From assembly GCA_963716175.1 (NCBI GenBank), contig OY970296.1:2752001-2816000 (forward strand): DNA of 64,000 nucleotides. The letters run 5' to 3'. Both the position numbers and the translations under genes were made by a program. The notes beneath the pieces are model-generated. The model was not told where the DNA came from, searched no databases, and worked only from the letters and a program-made list of their open reading frames with translations. Positions within the stretch are counted from its first letter, which is position 1, and each line of letters opens with the position of its first letter. This stretch comes from an uncultured Armatimonadetes bacterium (GTDB taxonomy: Bacteria; Armatimonadota; Hebobacteria; Hebobacterales; Hebobacteraceae). Shown here piece after piece: positions 10,072 through 19,828 of this stretch.

Positions 10072-11052
10072 TTACTGCAGCTTCCTCAGGCCCTCCGCCA
10101 GCTTCTGCTTGGGGAGTTCGATGTAGCCGGCTTCGTCCACGTATCTCTGCCCCTCCCGCAAGATCCAGAGCAGAAACTCTCGGGTGAGGCCGGTCGGCTT
10201 GCCCCGGGTCAGCAGGTTGAGGTCCCGGGCCGGGGGCGAGGGATAGCGGCCGGCGGCGATCGCCCGTTTCACCTCGGCCTTGGTGCGGTAGAAGCTCTCG
10301 GAGGCGTCGAGTCTGCCATCGCCATTGATGTCAATGGGCACCACCATGACGCCGGCCACCGGCCTGCCTGTCTTGGTGTCGTAGGCGTAGTTGAGGTTGT
10401 TGTAGCCGAGGCCCAGGCGGTCTTTTCTCACCGCCTCCGCTACACCAGGGTCGCCGTAGACGGCCACCCCCTGGAGGTCCTCCTGCCGCTTGCCCAGGTA
10501 GATGGCCCAGGTCTCGCCCGCGCCGCAGGCGTCCGACCGGGTGTAGACATGCACTTTGTCCTTCACCTGGGGGCTGCCCACGAGCTCTCCCCAGGTGAGG
10601 GGCTTGCCCGCGATCCAGAGAGACACGAAACGGTCGCGCCTGACTCCGCGGCGCGAGAGCTCCTTCGCCACTGGGTTGGCGGCATTGGCCGTCGGAAGGA
10701 CCGCGTCCTTCACCACCGCAAGCCAGAAACCGCCCTTTTTCACCTCGTCCGGATGGATGTCGCGCGAGACCATGCCGATGTCCACCAGGCCGCCCAGCGC
10801 GTCGGCCGCGCCCTTCCCGGCCCCGCCGGCCGAGACATCAAGGCGCACCTTGGGATTGGCTTTCTGGAATTCCTCCGCCCACCTCACCATCATCGGATAG
10901 AGAGCCCAGGCGCCGGAGACCCGGACGGTGCCGCTGAGCTGCTGCTTTCGCGCACTTGCCTCCCGCGCCGAGGCCGGCGATCCCAGGCCCAGGACCGCCG
11001 CCGCGAGCACCGCGGCCCAGCTCACCATCCTTGTGCGGAGCGGTGCTGCCAT
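10072..11052 (-). CDS. pstS: Phosphate-binding periplasmic protein
   Basis: Signal peptide, SGAWALYP, GGAGKG, DIGMVSR, YTRSDACG. Confidence 0.9.
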   Translation of the reverse strand: MAAPLRTRMVSWAAVLAAAVLGLGSPASAREASARKQQLSGTVRVSGAWALYPMMVRWAEEFQKANPKVRLDVSAGGAGKGAADALGGLVDIGMVSRDIHPDEVKKGGFWLAVVKDAVLPTANAANPVAKELSRRGVRRDRFVSLWIAGKPLTWGELVGSPQVKDKVHVYTRSDACGAGETWAIYLGKRQEDLQGVAVYGDPGVAEAVRKDRLGLGYNNLNYAYDTKTGRPVAGVMVVPIDINGDGRLDASESFYRTKAEVKRAIAAGRYPSPPARDLNLLTRGKPTGLTREFLLWILREGQRYVDEAGYIELPKQKLAEGLRKLQ

Positions 11053-11164
11053 CTCTCGATCTCTCCTTTCCTGCCGGCCTTGTAGGGCGGGTATCCGCCG
11101 CAGCCCCGGCGAAGGCGGATGCCCGCCGGTGCTGCGCTGGGATGGTTCGGAGGTGCTGCCTGCT

Positions 11165-11623
11165 TCAGATCTCGTAGCTGACCGCGGATGCCTCTCTGAG
11201 CACGCGCGCTCTGGCCACCACCTCTTCCAGCGTGAGTTTCTCCAGCACCCCGACCATCGCGTCTCTGGCTTCCTGCCAGACGGTGCGGAGGGCACAGGTT
11301 GCCTCAACGGCGCAAGTGCAGGGTGCGTACGCGGTCTGGCTGACACACCGGACAGGAGCGAGGGGGCCGTCCATCGCTCGCACCACTTCCGCCATCGTGA
11401 TCTCGCCCGGATGCTTCCCCAGAAAGTAGCCGCCGTTCGGCCCCGGCTTGCTCCCGACGATGCCTCTCCGCTTGAACACCAACAGGATCTGCTCCAGGTA
11501 CTTCTTGGGGATGCTCTGCTCTCTGGCGATGTCGGCCGTCCTCACCGGCGTGCCTTCCTCGAAGGCCGTGGCCAGATGCAGCAGGGCGCGTGCGGCGTAC
11601 TCACCTTTTGCGGAAACGGGCAT
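11165..11623 (-). CDS. Rrf2-family transcriptional regulator with Cys cluster
   Basis: EYAARAL, YLEQIL, GPNGGY, CVSQTAYAPCTCAVEATC. Confidence 0.92.
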   Translation of the reverse strand: MPVSAKGEYAARALLHLATAFEEGTPVRTADIAREQSIPKKYLEQILLVFKRRGIVGSKPGPNGGYFLGKHPGEITMAEVVRAMDGPLAPVRCVSQTAYAPCTCAVEATCALRTVWQEARDAMVGVLEKLTLEEVVARARVLREASAVSYEI

Positions 11624-11628
11624 TGTGC

Positions 11629-11681
11629 CAAATCTCTACCTAGGTTTAGGAGAATATAGCAGCCCCGAACCTGGCTGTCAA
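11629..11681 (-). promoter_or_regulatory. Sigma70 promoter with downstream palindromic operator
   Basis: TTGACA(11681-11676)-17-TATATT(11658-11653), then imperfect palindrome TCTCCTAAACCTAGGTAGAGA. Confidence 0.7.
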
Positions 11682-11718
11682 GAGCCGGGTTCGGGGCTGT
11701 TCTGCGAAGGCGCTGCAT

Positions 11719-11794
11719 GTTGGGCAGGAGCCCCTAGGCACGCTGCGCGGGCCGGGGCGGCGGTCCGCAGGACCTAGCCGCTTGCCTCCTGCCA
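11719..11794. repeat. REP-like palindrome with an inserted TA-bulge hairpin doublet
   Basis: Removing 11731-11780 gives GTTGGGCAGGAGCTTGCCTCCTGCCA, identical to revcomp of 16118-16143. Confidence 0.8.
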
Positions 11795-11802
11795 GATCGC
11801 GG

Positions 11803-13548
11803 TTACCAGCCCAGAGCGTAGCTCGCGCCTCGCGGCGAGGCCGCGCCTGAGATCACGCCGCTGTCGGCGTCGAACCTGATGGCAAGGGCCTGGCCGTGCT
11901 GCCAGTCGCCCGACACGTGCACGATGTGGCCGCGCGCCTCCAGGGCCTTCCGGACTTCCTGGGGAATGCGCCCTTCCACCGCCACCGCACCTGGCTCCCC
12001 CTCTCGGGGGTAGAAGGAGCTGCGGAAGTGCGCGCTGTGGAAGCTGGGCGCATCCACCGCCTCCTGCAAGTTCATCCCGAACTCCACGTGGTTGAGGAAG
12101 ACCTGCAGTGTCCACTGGTCCTGCATGTCTCCGCCGGGAGTTCCAAAGACCATCCAGGGCCGGCCCTCCTTGGTCACGAGGGAAGGGGTGAGCGTGGAGC
12201 GAGGCCGCTTGCCCGGCGCCAGGCAGTTGGGATGCTCCGGGTCGAGCCAGAACATCTGCCCTCGCGTCCCGAGGGGGAACCCGAGTCCCCGCACCACCGG
12301 AGAGGAGGAGAACCAGCCGCCGCTGGGTGTGATGGAGATCATATTGCCGAAGCGGTCAATGGCATCCAGTTGAGTGGTGTCGCCGACATGCGTGACCGGC
12401 CAGTCTGCGGAAGGCCTGGGAGGTTCTCGCCGGGGGCTGGTCATCCCCAGGCCCGGCCTGTCCTCCATTGATGCCCGCTCGCCGATCAGCCGCCTGCGCT
12501 CGGCCGCATACTCCTTTGAGAGCAGGCGCTCCAGTGGCACCTTGACGAACTCCGGGTCGCCGTAGTAAGCCTCCCGGTCGGCGAAGGCCAGCTTCGCGGC
12601 CTCGATCACGGTGTGGATGTAGTCCGGGTTGTTGTGGCCCATTGCCGCCAGCTCGAATCCCTCCAACAGGGTGAGCTGCTGCAGGAACACCGGCCCCTGG
12701 CACCAGGTGCTGCATTTGTGTACGGTCAGGCCGCGGTAGTCCACCGCCACCGGGTCTTCCACACGCGCGCTGTAGTCGGAGAAATCCTGCTCTGTGAACA
12801 GGCCCGCGTGGGGCTTGCCGCTGGCGTCCATCACCTCGGTCGCGCGGGCGAACTTGACAATCGCGCGCGCGATCTCGCCTTTGTAGAAGACGTCGCGCGC
12901 CGCTCGCAGACCGGCGACGCGGCCCTTGCGCGCCGCCTTCCGCTCGGCCTCCACCAGCAGGCTCAGCGCATCTGCCCAGTCGGGCTGCGCGAACACCTGG
13001 CCGATCTCCGGCGCCTTGCCCCCGGGCGCGAAGACCTCCACGCTGCTGGGGTAGTGCTTCTGCCAGCGCGGGAGGTTGCCCGCGATCGCGCCGTGCAGCT
13101 CAGGAAACATGGGGAATCCCTCCCCGGCCAGCTCCAGCGCGGGTGCGATCACCTCTTGCAGCGGCATGGTCCCGAAGACCGCGAGCGCGGTGATATAGGC
13201 ATCCACCGCCGCCGGCACCCCCGCGGGCAGAAAGCCATCACCCGGGATCAGCTCGATGCCCATCTGTCGGAAGCGCTCGATGGTGGCCTCGCGGGGCGCC
13301 ACGCCATGGCCGTTCACGGCATAGGCGCGGCCCCGGTCGGCAGAGTAGATCAGGGTGGGCGCCTCACCCGCGATGCCGTTCTGGTGCGGGAGCAGAACGG
13401 CCAGCGCGAACCCCGTGGCCACGCCCGCATCCACCGCGTTGCCGCCCGCCTGCAGCATCTCCAGCCCCGCCTGGGCCGCAAGATAATGCCCCGCCGCCAC
13501 CACGCCATGAGTCCCCAGAATTACCGGTCGCGTCGTGAATCCAGCCAC
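11803..13548 (-). CDS. ggt: Gamma-glutamyltransferase family protein
   Basis: GGNAVDA, AFADREAYYGDP, GDTT, PGKRPRSTLTP, FGTPGGD. Confidence 0.92.
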   Translation of the reverse strand: MAGFTTRPVILGTHGVVAAGHYLAAQAGLEMLQAGGNAVDAGVATGFALAVLLPHQNGIAGEAPTLIYSADRGRAYAVNGHGVAPREATIERFRQMGIELIPGDGFLPAGVPAAVDAYITALAVFGTMPLQEVIAPALELAGEGFPMFPELHGAIAGNLPRWQKHYPSSVEVFAPGGKAPEIGQVFAQPDWADALSLLVEAERKAARKGRVAGLRAARDVFYKGEIARAIVKFARATEVMDASGKPHAGLFTEQDFSDYSARVEDPVAVDYRGLTVHKCSTWCQGPVFLQQLTLLEGFELAAMGHNNPDYIHTVIEAAKLAFADREAYYGDPEFVKVPLERLLSKEYAAERRRLIGERASMEDRPGLGMTSPRREPPRPSADWPVTHVGDTTQLDAIDRFGNMISITPSGGWFSSSPVVRGLGFPLGTRGQMFWLDPEHPNCLAPGKRPRSTLTPSLVTKEGRPWMVFGTPGGDMQDQWTLQVFLNHVEFGMNLQEAVDAPSFHSAHFRSSFYPREGEPGAVAVEGRIPQEVRKALEARGHIVHVSGDWQHGQALAIRFDADSGVISGAASPRGASYALGW

Positions 13549-13595
13549 TTGCTCCTCTCCTGACTCTGCGAAGTACCTTCGGTACGCAGCACGAG

Positions 13596-14702
13596 CTATC
13601 CCAACCGTTTCTGAAATCGCAAGGCGCTGAGCGCGAAGATGGTGCCGCCGAGCACGATCAGGGCCAGCACCTGCGGCCACAGCACTGAGATTCCAGCTCC
13701 GCGCAGGAAAATCCCGCGCACGATTTCCACGAAGTACCGCAGCGGGATGGCATAGGTGATCCACTGCACCAGCCGCGGCATGTTCTCGATGGGGAACATG
13801 AACCCGGAGAGAATCACCGATGGCATGAGTACGAAGAACGCGGTCAGCATGGCCTGCTGCTGGGTGCGCGAGACCGTGGAGATGAACAGCCCCAGGCCTA
13901 GCGTGGTGAGCAGGAAGGCGACGCTCAGGAGCAAGAGCAGAGGGCCGCTGCCCGCGATCCGCACCCCGAACCAGAAGCGAGCGAAGAAGATGATGAGGAC
14001 TACGTCCAGCAGACCGATGGCGGCGAAGGGCAGGGTTTTTCCCAGCATCAGCTCCATCGGTCTCAGCGGGGTCACGATCAACTGCTCCAGGGTGCCGGTC
14101 TCCCGCTCCCGCACGATCGCCATCGCCGTCATGGCCGTCATCACCGTGCCCAGGATCATGCAGATCACGCCGGGCACCATGTAGTTCACACTCCGCAGGT
14201 CGGGATTGTAGAATACGCGCGGCTGGTTCTCCACGGGTGGGCGCGCCAGCATCGCGGGCATACGATTGCGGGCGAACTGGGCGATCAGGGCGCCGGTGTA
14301 CCCTCCGGCGACGCCGGCGGAGTTCATGTCAGTGCCGTCGAGGATCACCTGGAGCTGGGCGGTCTCGCCTCGCGCCAATCGCTTGGAAAAGCCCTTGGGT
14401 AGGTACAGCCCCATCAGCGCCTGCCCGGCGATGATGGGCGCGTCCATATCGTCCGGGGAATCCACCCAGCCTTGCAGCTCGAAGTACCCCGAGCGCGCGA
14501 AGCTGTTCACCAGCTCCCGGCTGTCGGCCTGGCGGTCGCGGTCGCAGACCACCACGCGGATGTGCTTGATGTCCAGAGTCACGGCGTAGCCGAAGAGAAA
14601 GAGCTGGAACAGCGGTGCGAAAACCAGCACGAACAGCATGCGCCGGTCGCGCCGCAGTTGCAGCAGCTCCTTTCGCATCAGCACCGCCAGCCGTCTGCGC
14701 AC
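13596..14702 (-). CDS. ABC-2 exporter permease
   Basis: KELLQLRRD, VRERETGTLEQLIVTP, PIENMP. Confidence 0.92.
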   Translation of the reverse strand: MRRRLAVLMRKELLQLRRDRRMLFVLVFAPLFQLFLFGYAVTLDIKHIRVVVCDRDRQADSRELVNSFARSGYFELQGWVDSPDDMDAPIIAGQALMGLYLPKGFSKRLARGETAQLQVILDGTDMNSAGVAGGYTGALIAQFARNRMPAMLARPPVENQPRVFYNPDLRSVNYMVPGVICMILGTVMTAMTAMAIVRERETGTLEQLIVTPLRPMELMLGKTLPFAAIGLLDVVLIIFFARFWFGVRIAGSGPLLLLLSVAFLLTTLGLGLFISTVSRTQQQAMLTAFFVLMPSVILSGFMFPIENMPRLVQWITYAIPLRYFVEIVRGIFLRGAGISVLWPQVLALIVLGGTIFALSALRFQKRLG

Positions 14703-14713
14703 CGTCTCTCCCG

Positions 14714-15844
14714 CTAGAGCGTTTTCCTGAACTTCTTGATGCTCCCGAGCACCAGCGTCGCCGCGATCGCGGTCAGCGCCAGCGCCCGGGGCCAGAGGGC
14801 GTGCCATCCCGCGCCCTTCAGCATCATGGCGCGCGCGATCACCATGAAATGAGTGGCCGGGTGGAGCTGCACGATCATCTGCAAGACCCGCGGCATACTG
14901 CTCAGAGGAAACACGAATCCCGTGAGCAACATGGTGGGGAGCAGAGTCGCGATCAGTGCCACCATGTAGGCCAGCTGCTGGCTCCGTGTGCTCACCGAGA
15001 TCAGCAGCCCCGCGCCGAGGGCGGCGAGCAGGTAGACGAAGGTGAGCGTCAGGAACAGCGCGGGCTGGCCCCGCATGGGGACATGGAAGAGCAGGCTTCC
15101 GGCGCCGGCGATCAGCGCCACATCGGCCCAGGCGATCCCCACATAGGGGAGCAGCTTGCCTGCGATCAGCTCGCCCGCGGTCACCGGCGATACCACCAAA
15201 CCCTCGATCGTGCCCTGCTCGCGCTCCCGCACGATGGTCTGCGAGGTGAGCAAGGCGGCTAGCATCATCAGGATCACCACCAGCAGTCCAGGGATGATGA
15301 AGTTCGTGCTCGACAGGTCTTCGTTGTACCAGATCCGCACCTGCGGCTCGATCAAGACGGGGGAGGAGCCGCGCCGCGATTGCGTGGCTAGGCCCGCCGC
15401 CCGCCGCAGCCACCAGTCCTGGATCATCGCCTCCAGGTAGGAGAGCGAGATGCTGGCGGTGAGGGAGTCCGAGCCATCTATCAGGGTCTGCACCGAGGTG
15501 GGCCGTCCCGCCGCCAGGTCGGCCCCAAACCTGACGGGCAGGATCAACACCACGCGCGCGGCTCTAGTCTGCAGTGAGCGCTCGGCCCCATCCGATCGCG
15601 GCAGCACCTTCACCAACCGGAAGTACCCGGTGCGGGTCAGGGCTGCCACCAGGTCGCGGCTGGCCTCGGTGGGATCGGGATCGTAGAGGGCGAGCCCGAT
15701 TCCCTTAACGTCGAAGTTGATGGCGTAGCCGTAGAGGACGAGCAAGACCAGGGGCAGGAGCAGGGCCACCCCGAGGCTGCGCGGATCGCGCAGGATGAAG
15801 CGCACCTCCTTTGCCGCCACCGCCCAGGTGCGGCCCCGGCTCAC
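14714..15844 (-). CDS. ABC-2 exporter permease
   Basis: KEVRFILRD, VREREQGTIEGL. Confidence 0.92.
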   Translation of the reverse strand: MSRGRTWAVAAKEVRFILRDPRSLGVALLLPLVLLVLYGYAINFDVKGIGLALYDPDPTEASRDLVAALTRTGYFRLVKVLPRSDGAERSLQTRAARVVLILPVRFGADLAAGRPTSVQTLIDGSDSLTASISLSYLEAMIQDWWLRRAAGLATQSRRGSSPVLIEPQVRIWYNEDLSSTNFIIPGLLVVILMMLAALLTSQTIVREREQGTIEGLVVSPVTAGELIAGKLLPYVGIAWADVALIAGAGSLLFHVPMRGQPALFLTLTFVYLLAALGAGLLISVSTRSQQLAYMVALIATLLPTMLLTGFVFPLSSMPRVLQMIVQLHPATHFMVIARAMMLKGAGWHALWPRALALTAIAATLVLGSIKKFRKTL

Positions 15845-16863
15845 TTGACTCCTCCGGATTCAGCGTTCTCCACCTGGCGGATGAGCGCGATGAACACATC
15901 CTCCAGCGAGGGCCTTACCACCTGGGCCCTCGCCATGCGCAGGCCGCGCGCCTCCAGCGCGGCCGCCACTCGGTCGGCGGGCATGGGCATGTCCGCCCTA
16001 CATGGATCGAACGAGACCCGGAGGCGTGCCCCGTGCAACCGCGCGAACCGCACGCCCTCCATCTCCTGCAGGGCCTGGAGGGCAGTGGCAGGGGCAGTAG
16101 CACAGGCTCCCAGCCTGTGGCAGGAGGCAAGCTCCTGCCCAACGGGGAACTCGACCTCGATCAGTGTGCCGGCTTGCGCGCTCTTCAGTCCGTCCGGGCT
16201 GTCCAGCGCGATCATCTTGCCCCCGAAAACCAGCCCCACGCGATCGCAGCGCTCGGCTTCATCCAGGTAGTGGGTGGTGACCAGGCAAGTGACCCCGGCC
16301 GCCGCCAGGCCATAGATCACGGCCCAGAACTGCCGCCGCGAGATCGGGTCCACTCCCACGGTGGGCTCATCGAGGAAGACCACTTCCGGCTGATGCAGCA
16401 GCGCGCAGCCCAGGGCCAACCGCTGCCGCCAGCCGGCGGAAAGCTCACCGGTGAGGCGATGCTGCTGCCGCTCCAGGCCGGCCATCTCGATCGCCCAGGC
16501 CTGCCGCTCTGGCAAACGCGCCGGCGGGACGCCGTAGATGCCGCCAAAGAACTGGAGGTTCTCGGCCACGGTCAAGTCCAGGTAGAGCGAGAAGCGCTGG
16601 GACATGTACCCGATGCGGGCGCGCACGGCCTCCGGCTCCCGGGTGATGTCGTGGCCCGCCACCATCCCCTGGCCCGCGGTCGGCCCGAGGATGCCGCAGA
16701 GCATGCGAATGGTGGTGGACTTGCCCGCGCCGTTAGGCCCCAGCAGGCCGAAGACCTCGCCCTTCTCGACCGCGAACGAAACCCGGTCAACTGCGGTGAA
16801 GTCGCCGAAGCGCTTGGTCAGGCCGGTGACCTCAATCGCCAGGGCGGGTGGGGTGGCGGGCAT
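15841..16863 (-). CDS. ABC transporter ATP-binding protein with in-frame REP insertions
   Basis: GPNGAGKST, LSAGWRQR, DEPTVGVDP. Confidence 0.93.
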   Translation of the reverse strand: MPATPPALAIEVTGLTKRFGDFTAVDRVSFAVEKGEVFGLLGPNGAGKSTTIRMLCGILGPTAGQGMVAGHDITREPEAVRARIGYMSQRFSLYLDLTVAENLQFFGGIYGVPPARLPERQAWAIEMAGLERQQHRLTGELSAGWRQRLALGCALLHQPEVVFLDEPTVGVDPISRRQFWAVIYGLAAAGVTCLVTTHYLDEAERCDRVGLVFGGKMIALDSPDGLKSAQAGTLIEVEFPVGQELASCHRLGACATAPATALQALQEMEGVRFARLHGARLRVSFDPCRADMPMPADRVAAALEARGLRMARAQVVRPSLEDVFIALIRQVENAESGGVK

Positions 16864-16865
16864 GG

Positions 16866-16923
16866 GTCCCTAGGCCCCCCTTCGGCGGGCCGGGATGGCG
16901 GTCGCCGAATGGCGGCCTAGCCA
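16866..16923. repeat. TA-bulge hairpin doublet
   Basis: GTCCC-TA-GGCC..GGCC-GGGAT-GGC-GGTCGCC..GGCGGCC-TA-GCCA. Confidence 0.8.
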
Positions 16924-16946
16924 TATGCCCACCCTATAGGCCGCGC

Positions 16947-17972
16947 TCATGCCGGCTCCTCGCGCTTGCCACTCTGCGAAGCAGTCGGACTCCGCGGCCT
17001 GGCACGAGCTCGCTGCACCAGCTCGAAGAACGCGTCCTCCAGGCCGGGCGCCATCCGGCTGACGGCCGTGACCTGGACGCCAGCCTGTCGCAGCGTCTCC
17101 CGCAGCGGCTCCTCAATGTGGGCGGCAGAAGGAGCCGCAACATGGACCCGGTCGCCGAATATCTCCGCCCATGTGACACCGGCCGCTCCCCGCGCCGCCG
17201 CCTGGGCTGGCAGGAGCTGCCGCTGCTGCCCAACGCGGACCTCGAGCAACTCCAGGCCGGCCCGCTGGCGCACCTGCTCGGGCGTCCCTCCGGCCAACAG
17301 CCGTCCTTCGTAGATCAGCCCCACCTGCGCGCACCGCTCCGCCTCGTCCATGTATGGGGTGCTGGTGAGAATGGCGATGCCCTGGTTTGCCAGGCCTAGC
17401 AGCAGCTCCCAGAACTCAGCCCGGGACACTGGGTCAACTCCGGTAGTGGGCTCATCCAGCAGCAGCACCTCCGGCTCGTGAATCAAGGTACAAGCTAGCG
17501 CCAGCTTCTGCCTCATGCCGCCAGAGAGATCGCGGGTGAGCCGGCCCTTGAACCTCCCCAGGCGACTGAAGATGAGCAGCCGCTCTCGCCGCGCTGCAAA
17601 GGTCTCGCCCTTGACGCCGTGCACACGGGCCTGAAACAGGAGGTTCTCCTCGACGGTCAACTCGCCGTAGAGGCTGGATCGCTGAGGCACGTAGCCGAGG
17701 CGGCGCTTCGCTTCCTCTCCCTGCGTCACCACATCGAAGCCGGCCACCCGCGCGGCTCCGCTGTCCGGCGGCATGGCACCGCAGAGGAGGCGGATGGTGG
17801 TGGTCTTGCCCGCGCCGTCCGGCCCCACCAGGCCGAAGATCTCGCCGGGCGCGACAGTGAGATCGAGGCCGTCCACGGCTGTCACCGGGCCGAAGTGCTT
17901 GCGCAGGCCCCGCGCTTCAATCGCTGGGGCGGGCAGTGAAGGGCTTGGAGCTTGTGGCGCTAGTGGGGGCAT
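16947..17972 (-). CDS. ABC transporter ATP-binding protein
   Basis: GPDGAGKTT, LSGGMRQK, DEPTTGVDP. Confidence 0.93.
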   Translation of the reverse strand: MPPLAPQAPSPSLPAPAIEARGLRKHFGPVTAVDGLDLTVAPGEIFGLVGPDGAGKTTTIRLLCGAMPPDSGAARVAGFDVVTQGEEAKRRLGYVPQRSSLYGELTVEENLLFQARVHGVKGETFAARRERLLIFSRLGRFKGRLTRDLSGGMRQKLALACTLIHEPEVLLLDEPTTGVDPVSRAEFWELLLGLANQGIAILTSTPYMDEAERCAQVGLIYEGRLLAGGTPEQVRQRAGLELLEVRVGQQRQLLPAQAAARGAAGVTWAEIFGDRVHVAAPSAAHIEEPLRETLRQAGVQVTAVSRMAPGLEDAFFELVQRARARPRSPTASQSGKREEPA

Positions 17973-17999
17973 CTTCGCCTGGGATGGCAGGAGCCAAGT

Positions 18000-19316
18000 T
18001 TACCCGCCTCGGGCGGGCTCCGGCCGCACGCTGATGCGGGCGTCCGCGGGCATGCCTGGCTTCAGCTCGTGGTTCGGGTTTTCTACCTCTACCTTGACGC
18101 CGAACACCAGCTTCTCCCGCTGCTCCCGCGTCTGCACGTTCTTGGGCGTGAACTCCGCCTGCTGCGCGATCTCCGTCACCCGGCCCCGGTAGGCCTTGCC
18201 CGGGTTGGCGTCGGCTCTCACCTCAGCCTTCTGCCCCAGCTTCACCCGGTCCAACTGGGTCACTGGGACGTAGACTCGCAGCCACATGTGGTCGAGATCG
18301 GCGAGCCGGACTATCGCCTGGTTAGGCGCCACGGTTTCGCCTGCCTCCCGGACCTTGATGGTCACAGCGCCATCGAGGGGAGAGGTCACCTTCGCATCGC
18401 GCAGTCGTTTCTCGGCCGCAGCCAGCCCCCCCCTCGCGTTCTCGACCTGCCCCGCGGCCGCAACTTGCGCCTGCTGGGCGGCGCGCTGCTGCGCCCCCGC
18501 GGCATCGAGCTGCTGCTTCAGGGCCAGCTTATCGGCATACAGCTCCTGGGCGGTGGCGAGTGAGCGCGCGGCCGCCTCGGCATTTGCCTGCGCCTGGGCG
18601 AACCCGGCCTCGGCCTGCCTTCTCTCCTGGCTCCTCGCGCCCGCCTCCGCCTCGGCCAACCGCGCCCGGGCCGCCTCCAGAGCGGCCTTCGCGGCGTCCC
18701 GCGCAGTCCTTTGCAGATCCGCCTGCTGTTGCGACACCGCGCCCTGGGCCAGCAGCTTCTCCAATCGCTCCAGCTCCCGCTGCGCGTTCTCGGAGTTCGC
18801 CTGCGCGCTCGCCACTGCCGCCCGCGCCTGCTCTATCTCCTCCGATCGCACCCCTGCCCGCACCAGGTCGAGGGCCGCCTTCGCCTGATCGCGCGCGGCT
18901 ATCGCCGCCTGATGGCGCGCCCGGGCGGTCTCGAACCCGCCCTTCAGCTCTGTGCTCTTGGTATAGGCTTCCCCCGCGTTGGCCGCGGCCAGCCGGGCCC
19001 CGGCCAGCACGGCCTCTGCCTGCGCCAGTTGCCCCTTCGCCGCCGCCAGCGCGCCCCGCGCCTGCGTCACCTGGGGTTCCACGTCCCTGCGGTCTATCTC
19101 CGCCACCAGCTCCCCTCGCTTCACCCAATCGCCTTCGTCCACCAGCAGCCGCGCCAGCTTGCCGCCGCTGAGGGAGCTCACATCCACCTCGGTCGCCTCC
19201 ATCACCCCGCTGGCCTCGATCCAACCTGTGGGCCTCGGGGGCCGATGGGCGACCAGGTAGCCGGCGATCGCCACCAATGCAAGCAGCCCCGCCACCAGGC
19301 CGATCCGCCGCTTCAT
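18000..19316 (-). CDS. HlyD-family membrane fusion protein
   Basis: N-terminal TM, VDEGDWVKRG, long coiled coil, AEFTPKNVQT, LKPGMPAD. Confidence 0.92.
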   Translation of the reverse strand: MKRRIGLVAGLLALVAIAGYLVAHRPPRPTGWIEASGVMEATEVDVSSLSGGKLARLLVDEGDWVKRGELVAEIDRRDVEPQVTQARGALAAAKGQLAQAEAVLAGARLAAANAGEAYTKSTELKGGFETARARHQAAIAARDQAKAALDLVRAGVRSEEIEQARAAVASAQANSENAQRELERLEKLLAQGAVSQQQADLQRTARDAAKAALEAARARLAEAEAGARSQERRQAEAGFAQAQANAEAAARSLATAQELYADKLALKQQLDAAGAQQRAAQQAQVAAAGQVENARGGLAAAEKRLRDAKVTSPLDGAVTIKVREAGETVAPNQAIVRLADLDHMWLRVYVPVTQLDRVKLGQKAEVRADANPGKAYRGRVTEIAQQAEFTPKNVQTREQREKLVFGVKVEVENPNHELKPGMPADARISVRPEPARGG

Positions 19317-19461
19317 GTTTCCGCTTTCTCGCCTGCCCGCCTGAGACAGGCAAGGTTGCCACTTCAACCTCGGGCGCGCCACTACCTGTTGGCGGCGAGT
19401 CGCCTCGGCGACTGGACTCCTACACGGCGGTAGGCCGGCAGCCACCTTCGCCTTTACATTC

Positions 19462-19490
19462 TTGACACGTCCCATGCCAGCGGTTATGCT
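19462..19490 (+). promoter_or_regulatory. Sigma70 promoter
   Basis: TTGACA-17-TATGCT. Confidence 0.75.
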
Positions 19491-19650
19491 GGGTGTGGAA
19501 TACTAAGGGCGATGGACACGTCGTCACGTAACCAGGCAGGGACCAAGGCCAATCCGGCGCAACGTAGACTCAGCCGGTTCGGCCAGCCGCGTGTGCGCGG
19601 AGCGGCTTTAGGGCGCGCGGGGCCGGCATAGGCCCGCGGCGAGCCCTGTC

Positions 19651-19680
19651 AAAGCCTTCCCTGTCCGGGAAGGCTTTTTT
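19651..19680 (+). terminator. Intrinsic terminator in the leader of the MgtE/NRAMP operon
   Basis: AAAGCCTTCCC-TGTCC-GGGAAGGC-TTTTTT. Confidence 0.85.
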
Positions 19681-19686
19681 GTTGGT

Positions 19687-19781
19687 GGTTAGGCCTGCGG
19701 CCGCCGTGGTCCCTAGGCCTGAAGCCGGGATGGCGGCCTGCGAAGCAGGCCTAGCCACGGTCGGCTCTGCCGACCTAGCCG
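19687..19781. repeat. Cluster of four TA-bulge hairpins
   Basis: Doublet at 19709-19757 plus single units on each side. Confidence 0.75.
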
Positions 19782-19828
19782 CCGGGCGGCGTGGCGCATT
19801 GACCGGGGCGAAGCCGAGGAGATAGGGG

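Noticed and set aside
19500-19570. Fluoride, M-box or yybP-ykoY riboswitch
   Set aside because: Only fragments match (GGCGATGG, GTCGTCA); core consensus elements are absent
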